From assembly GCF_000150275.1 (NCBI RefSeq), contig NW_002060957.1:1414445-1478444 (forward strand): a DNA stretch of 64,000 bases, written 5' to 3'. The first letter of the stretch is position 1. Each line of letters begins with the position of its first letter. The position numbers and the translations under genes were made by a program. The notes under the pieces are model-generated. The model was given only the letters and a program-made list of their open reading frames with translations. It did not search any database and had not been told where the DNA came from. Positions 37,801-57,590 of this stretch are shown piece by piece. The stretch is from Trichoplax adhaerens. Its lineage: Eukaryota > Animalia > Placozoa.

Positions 37801-40800
37801 CATTATTACAATAATCAAGAATAAATCAATTTTGCTTATTGGATATCCCAATAAATTTTAATCTAGGTCCAGAAATATATCCAGGCGGTACAATTACTAA
37901 AACTACTAGTGTTGATCAACTTGATGTAAGATAAGAATTGGGATCGATGCGGATAGCTACCATACTAGGATAGTTTTAATCAGTAGCCTAACAGGATTTT
38001 AATATTCTTCTATTTCAACAGCTGATCGGCATTTATGACAGTGAAAATAAAAATGCAACTTCATCTGAAGAGGATTATCAGTCCAGGTTAATCTATACAT
38101 AGCCTGCCATTTATTGCTAGATCATTCTAGAATGATTCAATTGTCATCTTACCTTTACAGATTTGGAACTCGCGAATATATTGCAGAAGATCTGAGGAGA
38201 TTAACTGCGACGCATAACGTTGAGGTATGTATATCATTTTATATAACTCTACTCTTGTCAGGAATGCGTCCTTAAGGCTTATAGATCAGAGAGTATTTAG
38301 ACCTATATCGTCTCATTTACGCTATGATTTGGTCATGTTGATAATTTTTAGTCAGCTTTAGTTGATATTAAAGATGAAGATGCAGAACTACCTCCGCTTC
38401 TTCAGGTAGGTACCGTTAAATAAATAGACGTGATGAAAATAAATTGGAATTCACGAAAGAATTCATTCGTTTCTCGATTGTAGCGACATCTATTAACCCT
38501 ACACTAATACTTTCTTCTAATTAAAATACCGAAGGCTTTAGTAAAAACTTATGTCCAAACTACGAAAAGAACTAAAACTGAGAAGGTTAAAGTTGAAATT
38601 CCGGTTAAGAAAGTCAGTTCAGTTTTAGATACAAGAGAAATTAAATCCAAAACACCGATGGGAGCTCGCCGAAGTAGTGTTGCTGCTGCTTTGCTTGATC
38701 TTAATTTAAAATCTCTGGATTCAAGACTGAAATCATCATCAAGTCGGCGTTCGAGCAGTATTCAAAGTCCAGTTTTGGAGAGTTTATTGCCGTCTCCAAA
38801 ACGTCATTCATTAGCTGATGTCGATGAAAATTTACAAGAAGGTCTTATAGACGCAACTTATGCATTTAAGTAAGAGGAGTTGTTTGGTTTTCGTTTTAAT
38901 TTATCGAAATGGATCGATAAACTTAATTTGATAAATTTCGTTTCTGGCTTATCTTAATGGATTGATTTCGTGCTGGCTAGCATTAAGAGATGCAAAATTA
39001 AACTCCTTTTATCCTTCTATTTAAGACTTCAAGAAGTTATTGAAGAAGATGAAGCTGATGATAGTGAAACTCAAACTGAGACCGCTGTCGATAATTTCCA
39101 GGTTAATATCGCTAAATTTGCATTTGATCATTGATTGAAAGCCCGATTCCTTAAATACAATCTTTCATTCCGTGTAATGCTTAGGAAGTTCCTCAACCTG
39201 CAGTATTCCAAATGAAATTATTCGATAAAGTGAGAGCCGTATCTAAGAAACTGCCCATTAGAATAGAACACTGTTCGTTGGAATATTCGCCATTCTAGTC
39301 TACTAACTTATACATACTTTTAATTTCTTTGTAATTTAGTCTACAGTTCGATTAGCTGACGTACGAGTTTCAAATCGAGTTTCAAATACGTCTTTAACTC
39401 TGGAATGTGTACCAACGATTTATAACGATATGACAAGCGAGGTAGATGAGATAGATTGAAGATAAAATAAGGGTTAATAAGATCTAAAAATGAACATCAA
39501 TTAATTGCACGGTGTAGATCGATAATAAAACTGTCACATGGCTGGATCGTAATCTTTTTGTTGGAGAAGAAGTGAAGAGTGTTTATGAAGAAGTCATGAA
39601 ATCTATTGATAGAGATCATTTAATTTTTGATCAGGTAATAAGTTTTCATGAATGAGATGGCTATTCGAACAGCTACTGGAAGATAAATTTATGTACTTAA
39701 TCGTATCCTATTTACATATTAGCGTCTGTGAAAGGTTTTACTAAGGGTTCGATTACATTTATCATTATCATTACTTCAGGGCGATAATCTTGAACCATGC
39801 CCGGAAAGTATCAATTTATCTGATTTCATGATATCAGCAACATTAAAGCAAAAACCTAGGCATAGAATCATTAACAGAGGTTTACAGTCGAATAAGAAAC
39901 ATTTTGGGAGGCATACGGCAGAAATGTGGGCAAAACGGTTGGTTTAAAGTACTACCAACAACGATCAAGCTTTGAGACTTACAAAAATTAACCTATAATA
40001 ATATTATATTAGTTTTTTCTACTCTGTTTTCTATCATAATAAAATGCTCTGAATATATTTGCACTAGGGATCGCTTGCTGGAACAACGAATGAACATGAA
40101 AGATATTCTTAAAGCCGATCCAACTGTAATGATAACGATGTCTATCGATAGATATTTGTGAAATTTTTACCCCTTGGTCAATAGTGGATTACTTTATTAT
40201 TATTGATTTCCGCCTACTTTTAGAGATCGAATCAGAACAAGGAATTACGAGCTTATGCCTCATGGCTTGCAGCATGGAAATCTCACATCAGCTCTGGTGA
40301 TTACGTTAAATATTTATCTCAACAGGTACTTGAAATAACCTAATCTTAATAAATTTGTTTATTAACTTATAGCACGAGAATAAATCCATTGGTTTCTATT
40401 TTTGATGATATAGGAATCGGATTTTCTATCAGTTTTATTTCATTTTTATAATTCGGATGATGAAGATAGCGATGAAGAGGATAAAAGATGTCAACCCGAT
40501 CCAGAAGAACTCGAAAGACAGAGGTAGGCCTAATCATTTTATTAAGGAATAGATTATTTAATTATAATTAACAGTAGCTAAGGCTACATTATCATTGTTA
40601 TAAGCTTGACAAAGGCGACAGCATAATTAGTAATCAAATTCTGTGATTTATTAATGACAGGTTTAAGAATAGATTAGTAGCAAGAGTTTAGGATGTGCCA
40701 TTAGCACAAGTAGCATTCATATTCGTATACTTACTTTCAGTTTGAGTTAGCAAAGGTGCGTTTTTGAGTATTTAGTTTCTAATAGTGTTCGATATCCTAA

Positions 40801-42770
40801 CGTACATATTTAAAATTCGTTTAATGACTATGTAGATATATTTGACCAAAATTTCGAACATGACAGTAACTAGATTGTTTCCACCGAGTAGTCAATCTTA
40901 CTGCGAATAAAATTATCAATGTCACTATTGAGTTACTGTATGAAAATCCTGCATCAATTTTAATATTAATACTTTGGCAACCATAGAGTTTATAAAATTG
41001 CTAGCTTATATTTACACCTTAAAGTCTATTTACTAGAACGAGTAATACTTGCAGATACTTTAAGGAATCTCTTTTTATTACTAAATATTTTATTAGAATT
41101 CATCAAGAGAAATTACAGAATGCACTCAATCTGAAATCAGTATACGAATCTGGATACTGGAATGTTAACACAGTTGCTTTAGGCGGTTTAGGACAGGATC
41201 CTGACGTTGATGGTAAGAATCTAAGTCTGAATATTTTATAATGCATTTGTATCATTATTAAACCTTCCATCGATTACCATATGATAATATAGCAATGGAG
41301 AGCCAGGATTACAATACTTTAAAGAAACGTGAGTTTTATTTAGCTTCGTTTGTTACGTTTGTAAAAATATTCTACATAGAAGGATAAAACATGCCGATTA
41401 TAGATAGAGGGTTATATAATCAAGGTTAATGTTAATTTCAAGCTTTGCTTTCGCTATGCACAATGTGGAAAGAAAGGAATGCTGTTCTTGATTCACAAAG
41501 TCTGAAATTTAATACTATGATATTTTTTGAATTATTCTAGTTGAGCCAGTTCCTCAATCTGATAAAGACGGTAAACTTTCCGCTTATAGGGCGAGAAGAG
41601 ATCCAGTAAGTTTCATATTGAGGTTTAAGTAATGCCATACTGTGAACTTATAAGGAATTTTTGAAAATTTGCAACTTTTACGGAATAGACGAGATTAAGC
41701 AAATCGTCTAAAACTTTAAGCCTACAAGACCGACTATCCAATGTTTGGACATCGCTGTGGTTACCGGAAGCACATAGAATTGATATGGCACTTAAATATA
41801 GCTCAGATAAATTTAGAAAAGATCTTGAAAAGGTTACTTTGATTTTCTATTACACTAGATCAGTATTAATCGTTGCAAAGTAAGGAAAGGATGCTAATTG
41901 CTTCCCATTTCCAATCCATGTAGTTTAAATACCTTAGGATGCATGATTGCTTATCATATGGATGACTGTCTTTAATAGGTTGTCATTGATTGGGAAGAAG
42001 TTACCGATATCATATTGCGTCGTGAAAGTATTATTGCTCGATTGGAAGCTTTTGAAAGGACAGCATCCGATCCAAAACGTTTCTTCCTAAAAGGTAGTTT
42101 CAATTAGCTAAGGCTTTTGGTTTGTATCCTTGACATGAGTCAGTATATCGTTTTAGTTTCCTTACAATGAATTAACACTACCGTATCTTGTATAGGTTCT
42201 AAAGGATCCTCAGTACATCGATTGACTGAAGCAAAGGAAAGAAGCCAGTTGTATAATGTAAGTCTGGCACTGATCAGTCACGATTATTAACGATATAGCC
42301 ATAGATCGCCGGATATGCGAATTTATTTATCGGTCTATCTTGGCAAATTAAGCTAATGATAGACTTTAATACCTGATTTTATCTAGACATTACAAGAAAT
42401 TGAGCCGCAAATCACTGACACAGTACAAAAAATTGAAACGAAATATGGAGATGTTGTTGCTTATCAGGTATTTTTGACGTAATTGATGGTGAAATAGATA
42501 CGATGGAATCAATTTCAATTTCCATCGACTGATTCCTATCCTAGTTTCAAGATCAATTTATAGAGCGTATTCAAGCAATTTTTCATTTATAATCAATAGG
42601 GACGACCATACTTGGATAAAATTAAGCGGGATAAAGTAGAAATGCTCTACTGGTTACATCAAGAACGAAGGCAGGCTGCCATTGAAAATGATATTAGTAA
42701 TCAATTCCATAGGGGATCACCTAATCGTCTACCTGAATTAATGGCCATCGATGCTAATGCTCTATTATAG
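34884..42770 (+). CDS. CCDC87: Coiled-coil domain-containing protein 87 homolog, more than 25 short exons
   Basis: The C-terminus LQDRLSNVWTSLWLPEAHRIDMALKYSS...WEEVTDIILRRESIIARLEAFERTASDPKRFF...YGDVVAYQGRPYLDKIKRDKVEMLYWLHQERR matches the CCDC87 signature. Internal GYWNVNTVALGGLG. Probable start MEGLDKLYP at 34884 (less certain); stop TAG at 42768-42770. Confidence 0.85.
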
Positions 42771-43324
42771 AGCGTAGGAAAATATTAATGGCAAAGATTA
42801 TAACAATTTTGTTAAACATGTTTGTAAATACCTTGGAGATTCGTGTACAGCAAGTTAAAATGAGGCCAGATAGAGTTTATGATGTAAATGGATTATTTCT
42901 ATGATATAATAATTCTTATGCATGGATATTTAATGATCATAGCAATTTATATTCATTACCTTTTATAGTATATACCAAAATGTATTTTTATATCAAAGAA
43001 AAACCAGGTTTTGGAAGGATATCATTTTACATTGTAATTTATTATAATATAATAGCTTAACTTGCAGTTAATTGTATAAATAAAATATTTTCATTGCAAG
43101 TAATCACTTTAGTCTTTAATATTGCCTTGATATAGGAGGAGATGATTCTCCATGGGAGAATGTTATTATTGGCGAAATAACATGCAACTGTAGCAATATA
43201 CAGTACATAATAATCGGATTTATAAAACAGTAATAGTCTTATCGCTTTAGTTTATGATGGATATTTCTTAATGGAGAAAATGCTATACGATTTACAACGC
43301 GGGTAAAATAATCGTTGGTACTAT

Positions 43325-43560
43325 AGGTAGCAATCCAACATGGTACAGCTGTACCATGGCTACTTCATGTAGTCGAATTTAAGCAAAATTACCATCCTAT
43401 AGCAAATTATTCTATGTTGATAATTACTGCTAAAAATATATTTAGCGCAACTAAGTAATTATCGGAGCAATCTATCATGGAACAACAGTACTATGGTTAC
43501 TTCATGAGTCTAGTTCAAGCTAAATTGCAATCCTATGACAAATTATTTCATTTTTAAAAA
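43325..43560. repeat. About 138 bp tandem duplication containing a perfect 20-bp palindrome
   Basis: CATGGTACAGCTGTACCATG at 43339-43358; the degenerate second copy CATGGAACAACAGTACTATG is at about 43476. Confidence 0.75.
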
Positions 43561-43641
43561 TCTCCCATAAAATACATTTAATGTAACAAAGTAGTTATCG
43601 AACCTATTCCAAGAATCTTTAAAAATGGAGCAAGATAGAGA

Positions 43642-44840
43642 TTATTGATGACTACCGGCATTCTTCATAAACTTATCTCGTAAATGTTGGATATCATCTA
43701 CTGGAACAATCTGTGTGATAATAGCAACTTCATTTTCAAATTTACAACTAATATTCAACTTATCAACAGTAAAATGATAAACTTCATCCGTGCATTTATT
43801 TCTTCGATACGTCGATCTCGGATCAGATGCCACAACATCATGAATAACCGATCGTGCTTCATCGCTATCTTTTAATAATTGCAGCTGATATTTGGAATGG
43901 CTAGTGTTATTCTCGCTTGGGAAGAATTGTTGTAAATCATCCTCCGCTTGTGAAGTAAATTGTACAGTGAGCGGTTTTACTGGAGGTAAAGTAAGCCAAG
44001 ATGCTAATTGAATATCTACAAAGCAAGACAGATTATTCCAAGTCAATTTTATCTGGCTTCCTTCCTTCATTCTGTACGAGGTTGATTTTAGTGAAGTTCG
44101 ATTAACAAAGAATTTTAATACATGGTTATATTTCATGGTCTATCTAATGTAACCTATCTGTTAAGATTAGACATCAATATACCTTGATCGGCTGGTGGAT
44201 TATCATAATCTGGTATGTATGGTTTAATATCAAGGATTGGTGTGCCGTCAACAATATCAATGCCCGATAGATGGATGATGTTACCGTCGACTTTATCTAG
44301 TTTGGCTAGAGTTAAGCCAATAGGATTAGGACGATGAGGACTGCGCGATGCAAAAACACCAATTTTTTCCCCGTCTAACCGGGGAGGCTTAATTTTAGCT
44401 CGTACATGGGTATTTTCATTCATATGGAATAGGAAAATTAACCTGAAAAAGGGAGATAATCAATTTGTATGCTAAAATTGCTATGTGTAAAAGACATGCA
44501 ACGGTGTTTAAATACGCGTATGACATGCCTACTTAATCCTATTCCTATTTACAGAACGGTCGATCAATACTATTGTTGCTGATCAAACGTTGATTTGTAA
44601 TAGCTCTATATCTATTTTAATCTATTACAATATGACAAAATATAGAATAACTTACCAGACATGAGAGAATTGTTGTAAACTCATCAGTGAATGATGAGGG
44701 TTGGTAAAATTGGATTCAATGGCAAGTTGAGCTCGGGATTGGCGACAGACTGATGGTTGGCGCGGTGAGCCATTTTTCTCGACAAAACAAGACTTTAAAT
44801 AGCCAATCGCATTAAATGTTATTGGAGGCATGGAAGACAT
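43642..44840 (-). CDS. TRMO: tRNA (adenine(37)-N6)-methyltransferase TrmO/TsaA
   Basis: Exon 1 has AIGYLKSCFVEKNGSPRQP...LQQFSHVW. Exon 2 (about 44442-44183) has AKIKPPRLDGEKIGVFASRSPHRPNPIGLT...GIDIVDGTPILDIKPYIPDYD. Exon 3 (44015-43642) has SWL...DPRSTYRR. Start is ATG 44840, ATG 44897 or an upstream exon. Confidence 0.93.
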
Positions 44841-45905
44841 GATTCTCTTACAATCAATGTTGTAATAAATAGCAACACCTTTGATCGAGAATCGCATAGC
44901 AATGACAATGGTATAAATGAAAAGGAGCAAACGAGTCTACTCGATTAATTTCCGTGTCCTTCAGCTCAATGATCCACTTATGACGTTGATTAATGCTGAT
45001 AGTGGAATAGAAAACTCGTCTTTAATACGCCAATTGATCTCGACACTATTTTAATTGGATTGAATAAAGTATCTAATTCACTGTGCAATGATATCCTACG
45101 TCATGTGCAAGTCAAAATAGCCAAATTGTCTTTCTGCAATTCGTGGTGATTGATGTCGATCGTAATTCATTTGCTACCGATGAAGATTAAAGGTATGTCC
45201 GCTCTAACTGACACTGTCTAGCATTCATCAATATAATCTTAGGCAATTGAGTTCGACTTGTATCCAGTAGTCCAAGTTGATAATGATGTAGCGTAGCTTC
45301 AAGGTAGTCCAATATTGCTCGATCGAGTTGGAGAAGCTGAGATACCTAGAAGCAGCTCCAGCTCAGGAGGTGCAAGCAAGCAGAGCTTGACCTATAGCTG
45401 GACCTGCAGTACAGTACGATTGTTGTTGAAATTATCAGTGGGTGCCAACTCGATTTCACTGCCTATTTCCATATGGATATCGTATGATCGATATCCTGTT
45501 TCCGACGCACTCTGTTCAGGTAGAGGTGGATGATGTTTGCATCGGATACCTGGAGGCATGGACTACTCGAATAAGACCTGGAAAGATCACCCTTGGACGG
45601 ACAGACATTTTCAAAATATTGTGCCCAATTCTTGGTGATGACAGTGTTTTAGTATGCAGACGGTCGATTTTGAATTGACTAATTTTTTGTAAATTAAGTA
45701 ATATTACGTTGAGTCTTATAATCTATTACTAAGTTTGGCTAGGAAACAGTTATATAAGATCGTCGATGGTATTGAAATTAGTACTAGTGATGTCGAAAAG
45801 AGGCAAGGAAGATCCATACAACGTCCTGTAAGTTGTCATTTTTCGATACTGTCCGCCTCATTTCATTTGCTAAGAATAGTCCGTCTGTCTGAATGATTGA
45901 ACTGG

Positions 45906-45986
45906 TGTACTGTACTGTACACTCAGTGTACAGTACAGTACAGTGAGTGTACAGTACAGTACACTGTACTGTACAGTACAGTACTG
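45906..45986. repeat. Palindromic (GTACA/GTACT)n simple-repeat array
   Basis: TGTACTGTACTGTACACT-c-AGTGTACAGTACAGTACA (perfect 18-bp arms, 45906-45942) followed by further CAGTA/TACTG units. Confidence 0.9.
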
Positions 45987-46769
45987 CTCAAATGAGAAAG
46001 AAAGGAAAGAGGGGACGTAAAAGCGATCGTTGACTATACAGTCATCTTTGGTAGGCTTGAAAACTGAAATAAGGGTCTTTCTATCTAGCTCGTATTGAGT
46101 GGATGACTGTTCACGTACTTGGATAGACTTGCTGGCTATTGATGAAGTAGCTCGACTGCTTGTATCCAGTCATATTGACACACTCCATGTCCAGGAGTCC
46201 TGGAGTCTGTTTCTACAAAGGGCAGCAAACGAGGAAGGAGGGGACAGGGCGCTACTTTCGGTACAAAATAAAGTGGAGGCTGTTCCCGTCATTCTACTAT
46301 ATCGTATCAATGAAAGGGTATAACTAGAACATACTGCACAAAACCAACTTAGCAGCAGTTTGCAGCTAATTTAGATACGATTAGTAGAGAGTATAGGAGC
46401 TATTTCACCTCGTAAAATGGTCTGAGTAGCGACTATAGTCGTCAAGGAAGGGACGCGCCTACACGTATTTCATCACTTGAAGAACAAGTCGCAGACTGTA
46501 GAGATTGTATGGAATGCGCAGCCATGTTTGAGATGTCATGCTGATACAGTGTGATTGAACTCCAGCCTCGTCATGCTGCTGGTAGCGATGGATGATAGTG
46601 TAGTATGGAATTTTCAGACTGTTTGAAACAGCCTACCCTAGTACTGGCCAGATCGGCTTGGATCGTGTCTGGATTTCCGCAGTCCGTAGCTCGTCCCATT
46701 CTTATTACCCGCCCAGTTCTTAATAATCTTGCAGCAACTCGAGATCAAGCTCGACGACTGGCGGCGCTT

Positions 46770-46779
46770 CCGCCATTTT
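46770..46779 (+). promoter_or_regulatory. YY1-type motif CCGCCATTTT near the SMC5 5' end
   Basis: Exact match to the YY1 consensus about 130 bp upstream of the SMC5 ATG, in a locally GC/CpG-rich stretch. Confidence 0.4.
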
Positions 46780-46909
46780 TCCGATCGTTACCACTAGAAA
46801 TGCCTATAGGATTGGCTTATCCTCTAGAATCGACCGCTTAATTAGTCTGCAATTGTTCATTACGACTTGTTGATTATTGGTGTCTTGATTATATGTGTTC
46901 ATTTTGCTA

Positions 46910-54348
<7,439 letters not shown>

Positions 54349-55454
54349 AATCGTCAACATCAGCGTTATATCACCATTCTTCTCTTGTATTTGAAAAGTG
54401 CATGGAAGTTGTTAATTGTAAAGATATGTGGTTCGAGCATGATTTTATGTTACGTAGTGAATTATCGAAGTATTTAGTCTTGTAGCTTAGTCTACCAACA
54501 TGTATGTGATTGGCCATTCGACCATGATAGTTTTGGGTCGTTTGTTATTGTTCTTACAGGATTTTGCAGTTGCACCCAATCGTGGATACCGACATAGTGT
54601 AATGTATCGCATTTATTGATTACCAGAAATAATTTGGCCATTAAAGTAATCGCTGATGAATGTTTAACATCGATAAACTATTTCAATGGTCATGCTGGTG
54701 ATATTGTTTTATGTACTATAAAACTAAGAATAAATTATTCGTTCCTTCAACATTTGTATCTTGTATTAATTCCATTTGGTGGAGCGCTTTTAGGTTGATT
54801 GATGCTATCCCGCTGCTAGTGATTTTTTTTAATTTAATTAGACCTGAAGCAGTCAGCGCCTGCTGTATGCATAACAAGTGTGTAAGCACCAAACAGGTGA
54901 GTAGCGAAATGTGGTCATACAGAACGGATAAATCAATCGCTATCTGACGATTTTCGAAATGTCGACAAGAAGGTTTTTAGACGTACTGTATATATACTGT
55001 AGTAGTTTGCGTTGATTAGCGAGGTTACCTACCATTTCGATTTCAGTCGAATTTCTTAGCGAGAATAGAGTTTGGAAAGCATAATAGTTTCAGTAGGAAT
55101 CTTATCACGTAGACATTGCGCTATTTATATATACACTTATAGCGAGAATATGTAGAAAAATGGAACGGATTATATATGTGGGAAGCATGACTAGCACTGT
55201 CCAAAAATTGAATATCAGTAGTCCGAATCGCAGTATATGCTTCCTAAACTGCGCTTTACTGATCCCTACATCTGATTGAGTAAAAAGATGATTAGTTTTA
55301 GGTCGTTAACAACAATAACGATGCAAAACTGATGATAGCAATATGTTTCTTAGAAAAACAACTTCAATGTTATTAAAAGTAAGCGCTCACGTTCTCTCCT
55401 GTTACAATAACCGAATCCATTTGTGAATTTGAGTACTGTAGGTGGAAGTTAGAA

Positions 55455-56690
55455 ATTTTTCTTGCGTATTGACTGCTTCAAATAGAGAAAGCAAGAGAGT
55501 GCACATCTAGTACTGCATTATTCCACAGTATTGCACAAGTTTCAATTGAAGGCATTTTTAATGACCACTTTTATTTAGCTTAAGGAATTAATGCATACTG
55601 TCTCTTTTTTGTCATGCAGTCGTAAGTATCGCCGTGCGACATTTCCTTAACTGGTAGGACTGATTGAAGAGAGAGTGTTTCTGTAGTACTATACAAGTTT
55701 CAACTGAAGGCATTATTTATGATCATTTTATGCTATCAATCAATATATCTTGTCTCTTTTGGTTATCCAGTCGTAAAATCTCGGTGAGATACTTCTTTTC
55801 TCGGCAACACTGCTTCAAGAGAGAATGCACCTAGAATACTGTACTGTCCCAGTAATAAACGGTCAAGATTGGAAACTTTTTCCAATTTGATATTCAAGAC
55901 ATACCCTCGTATTTGAATGACCATTGGTGTAAAGAATCAATGCATGCTGTCTCTCCTTTGCTAGTCTCAATGAGATATTTTCTTTTCTAAGGCATGATAT
56001 TTTTTCATAATCTTCATTTAAGGCTAGTACGCGTACTTGAATGACCATTTTAAGCAAGAATCAAATGCATGCTGCGTTCTTTCTGTAATCGAGTCATGCA
56101 GTCAAATAATCGGGACACTTCCTTTTGTGGCAGGACTGCTTGGAGAGAGAATGCGTCTACAGTACCTATCAGTAAGCAGTCAAGACTTGTACAAGCATAT
56201 TTAAATGACCATTTCATGTTTAGAATGAATTCATGCTATCCATCTCTTTTTGTAGTTTAGTCACAGAGTATCCGTGAGACACTTCCTTTGGTAGCAGAAC
56301 TGCTTCTCTCTCTCAAGAGTGCGTCTACAATATTGTACTGTATCAGCAAACAGTAAAGACTTGAAACTTTTTAAGGCTTGTACGTGTATTTGGAAATGAC
56401 CATTTTATGCAAAGTATCAATGCATACGGTCTCTTTTTAGGAGTTGAATCGTGGAATGAGAAGATTGAGATGCATCCCTTGCTAGCCCTATACAGTACAC
56501 TGCAGTGATTGCCGTCTTAACAAGTAGTTCGCATAGGCAACTTTTCAAGACTTGTACGCCTATTTGAATGATCGATCAATGCATGCTGTCTCTCTTTTGT
56601 AGTCCAGCCATCAAATCTCAGTAATATACTTGTATTCTCGGTAGAACTGCTGTCAAAAGAGACTACTCTACGGTCTTGTCTTCGTCTCCG
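55455..56690. repeat. Degenerate tandem array, about 7-8 units of 125-200 bp
   Basis: The anchor ATGA(C/T)C lies at 55561, 55719, 55917, 56041, 56205, 56396 and 56568. Each is followed by variants of ATCAATGCATGCTGTCTCT, TGAGACACTTCCTT and ACTGCTTCAAGAGAG. Confidence 0.88.
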
Positions 56691-57590
56691 CTACTGCAAC
56701 ATGGCAGAGGAAATGCATTCAACTTTGCATTTTAGGAGAGAAAGAGAGAATGACAAGTCCTACTGCCATCGTCGACAATGGTCTACAGTACCATGTCGGT
56801 TTAGGATTAACTCAATCCATTACTGTCCAAAGCTGCAAGTAGGATAGCTTGACAACCTCGTGAAAAGAAGGGGAAATAGAAGGGCTGTCCCTTTTTAGAC
56901 TCCATCATTAGACTCCCTGCCGAGGTCTCTTTTAAAAGAGGTTGCTGCCAAATACTCCATACTCGAGCGGGTAGGGAAAGGGCAAGAAAGTACGGTAATC
57001 CTTTCCTCTTCGCCTATCGATTGCACCGTACGCCAGTGTCTAGCGTATAGTACTGTAGTGTACTAGTCTATCGTTGAAGTGGAAGTAGTGGCACATCCCC
57101 CTTTCCGTCCTCCATAGTCACTCCATTACCATCGCTGGCAAGTCTCTACTTATTGATGAGCAGCCGAGTGCCTTACTTTCAGATTGTCTCCTCTAACTCG
57201 AACAGATTGTCGACCATTTGATCAAGTGGATGAAAAAATTTCTTGCCTTGACAACCAACTCGTTCCAATCGTTTCTCGTCTGGTAAAGCAGGGTGCCAAC
57301 GAGACGGCCGGTACGAGAATTGACACCGTCATCAGCTAGAGTAGCGCTAGATAATATCGAAAAAGAACTCGGTTATCATTTGCCGATTTATCTAGTCGGC
57401 GACAAATCCATCCTGGAAAGCGATTGACTGATGAAGGAAAGTGCTTGGACAGCATTGGATTTTACCTTGAAATTGACCATTCATTGCTTAGAAATTCATT
57501 GATATCGTGGTCATTGATTGGCTTGTTGTCTTCGCTAGCCCATCCAACACTTCTTGATTCTTCCATACTGGAAACATTGCTTGTTGGATC

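Noticed and set aside
44016-44182. Apparent frameshift or stop splitting TRMO into two ORFs
   Set aside because: Resolved by an ordinary phase-1 GT-AG intron (CAAG|GTATAT ... TTTGTAG|ATATT on the minus strand).
55455-56690. CRISPR-like repeat-spacer array
   Set aside because: Units are long, degenerate and homologous along most of their length, the context is eukaryotic, and there are no cas genes.
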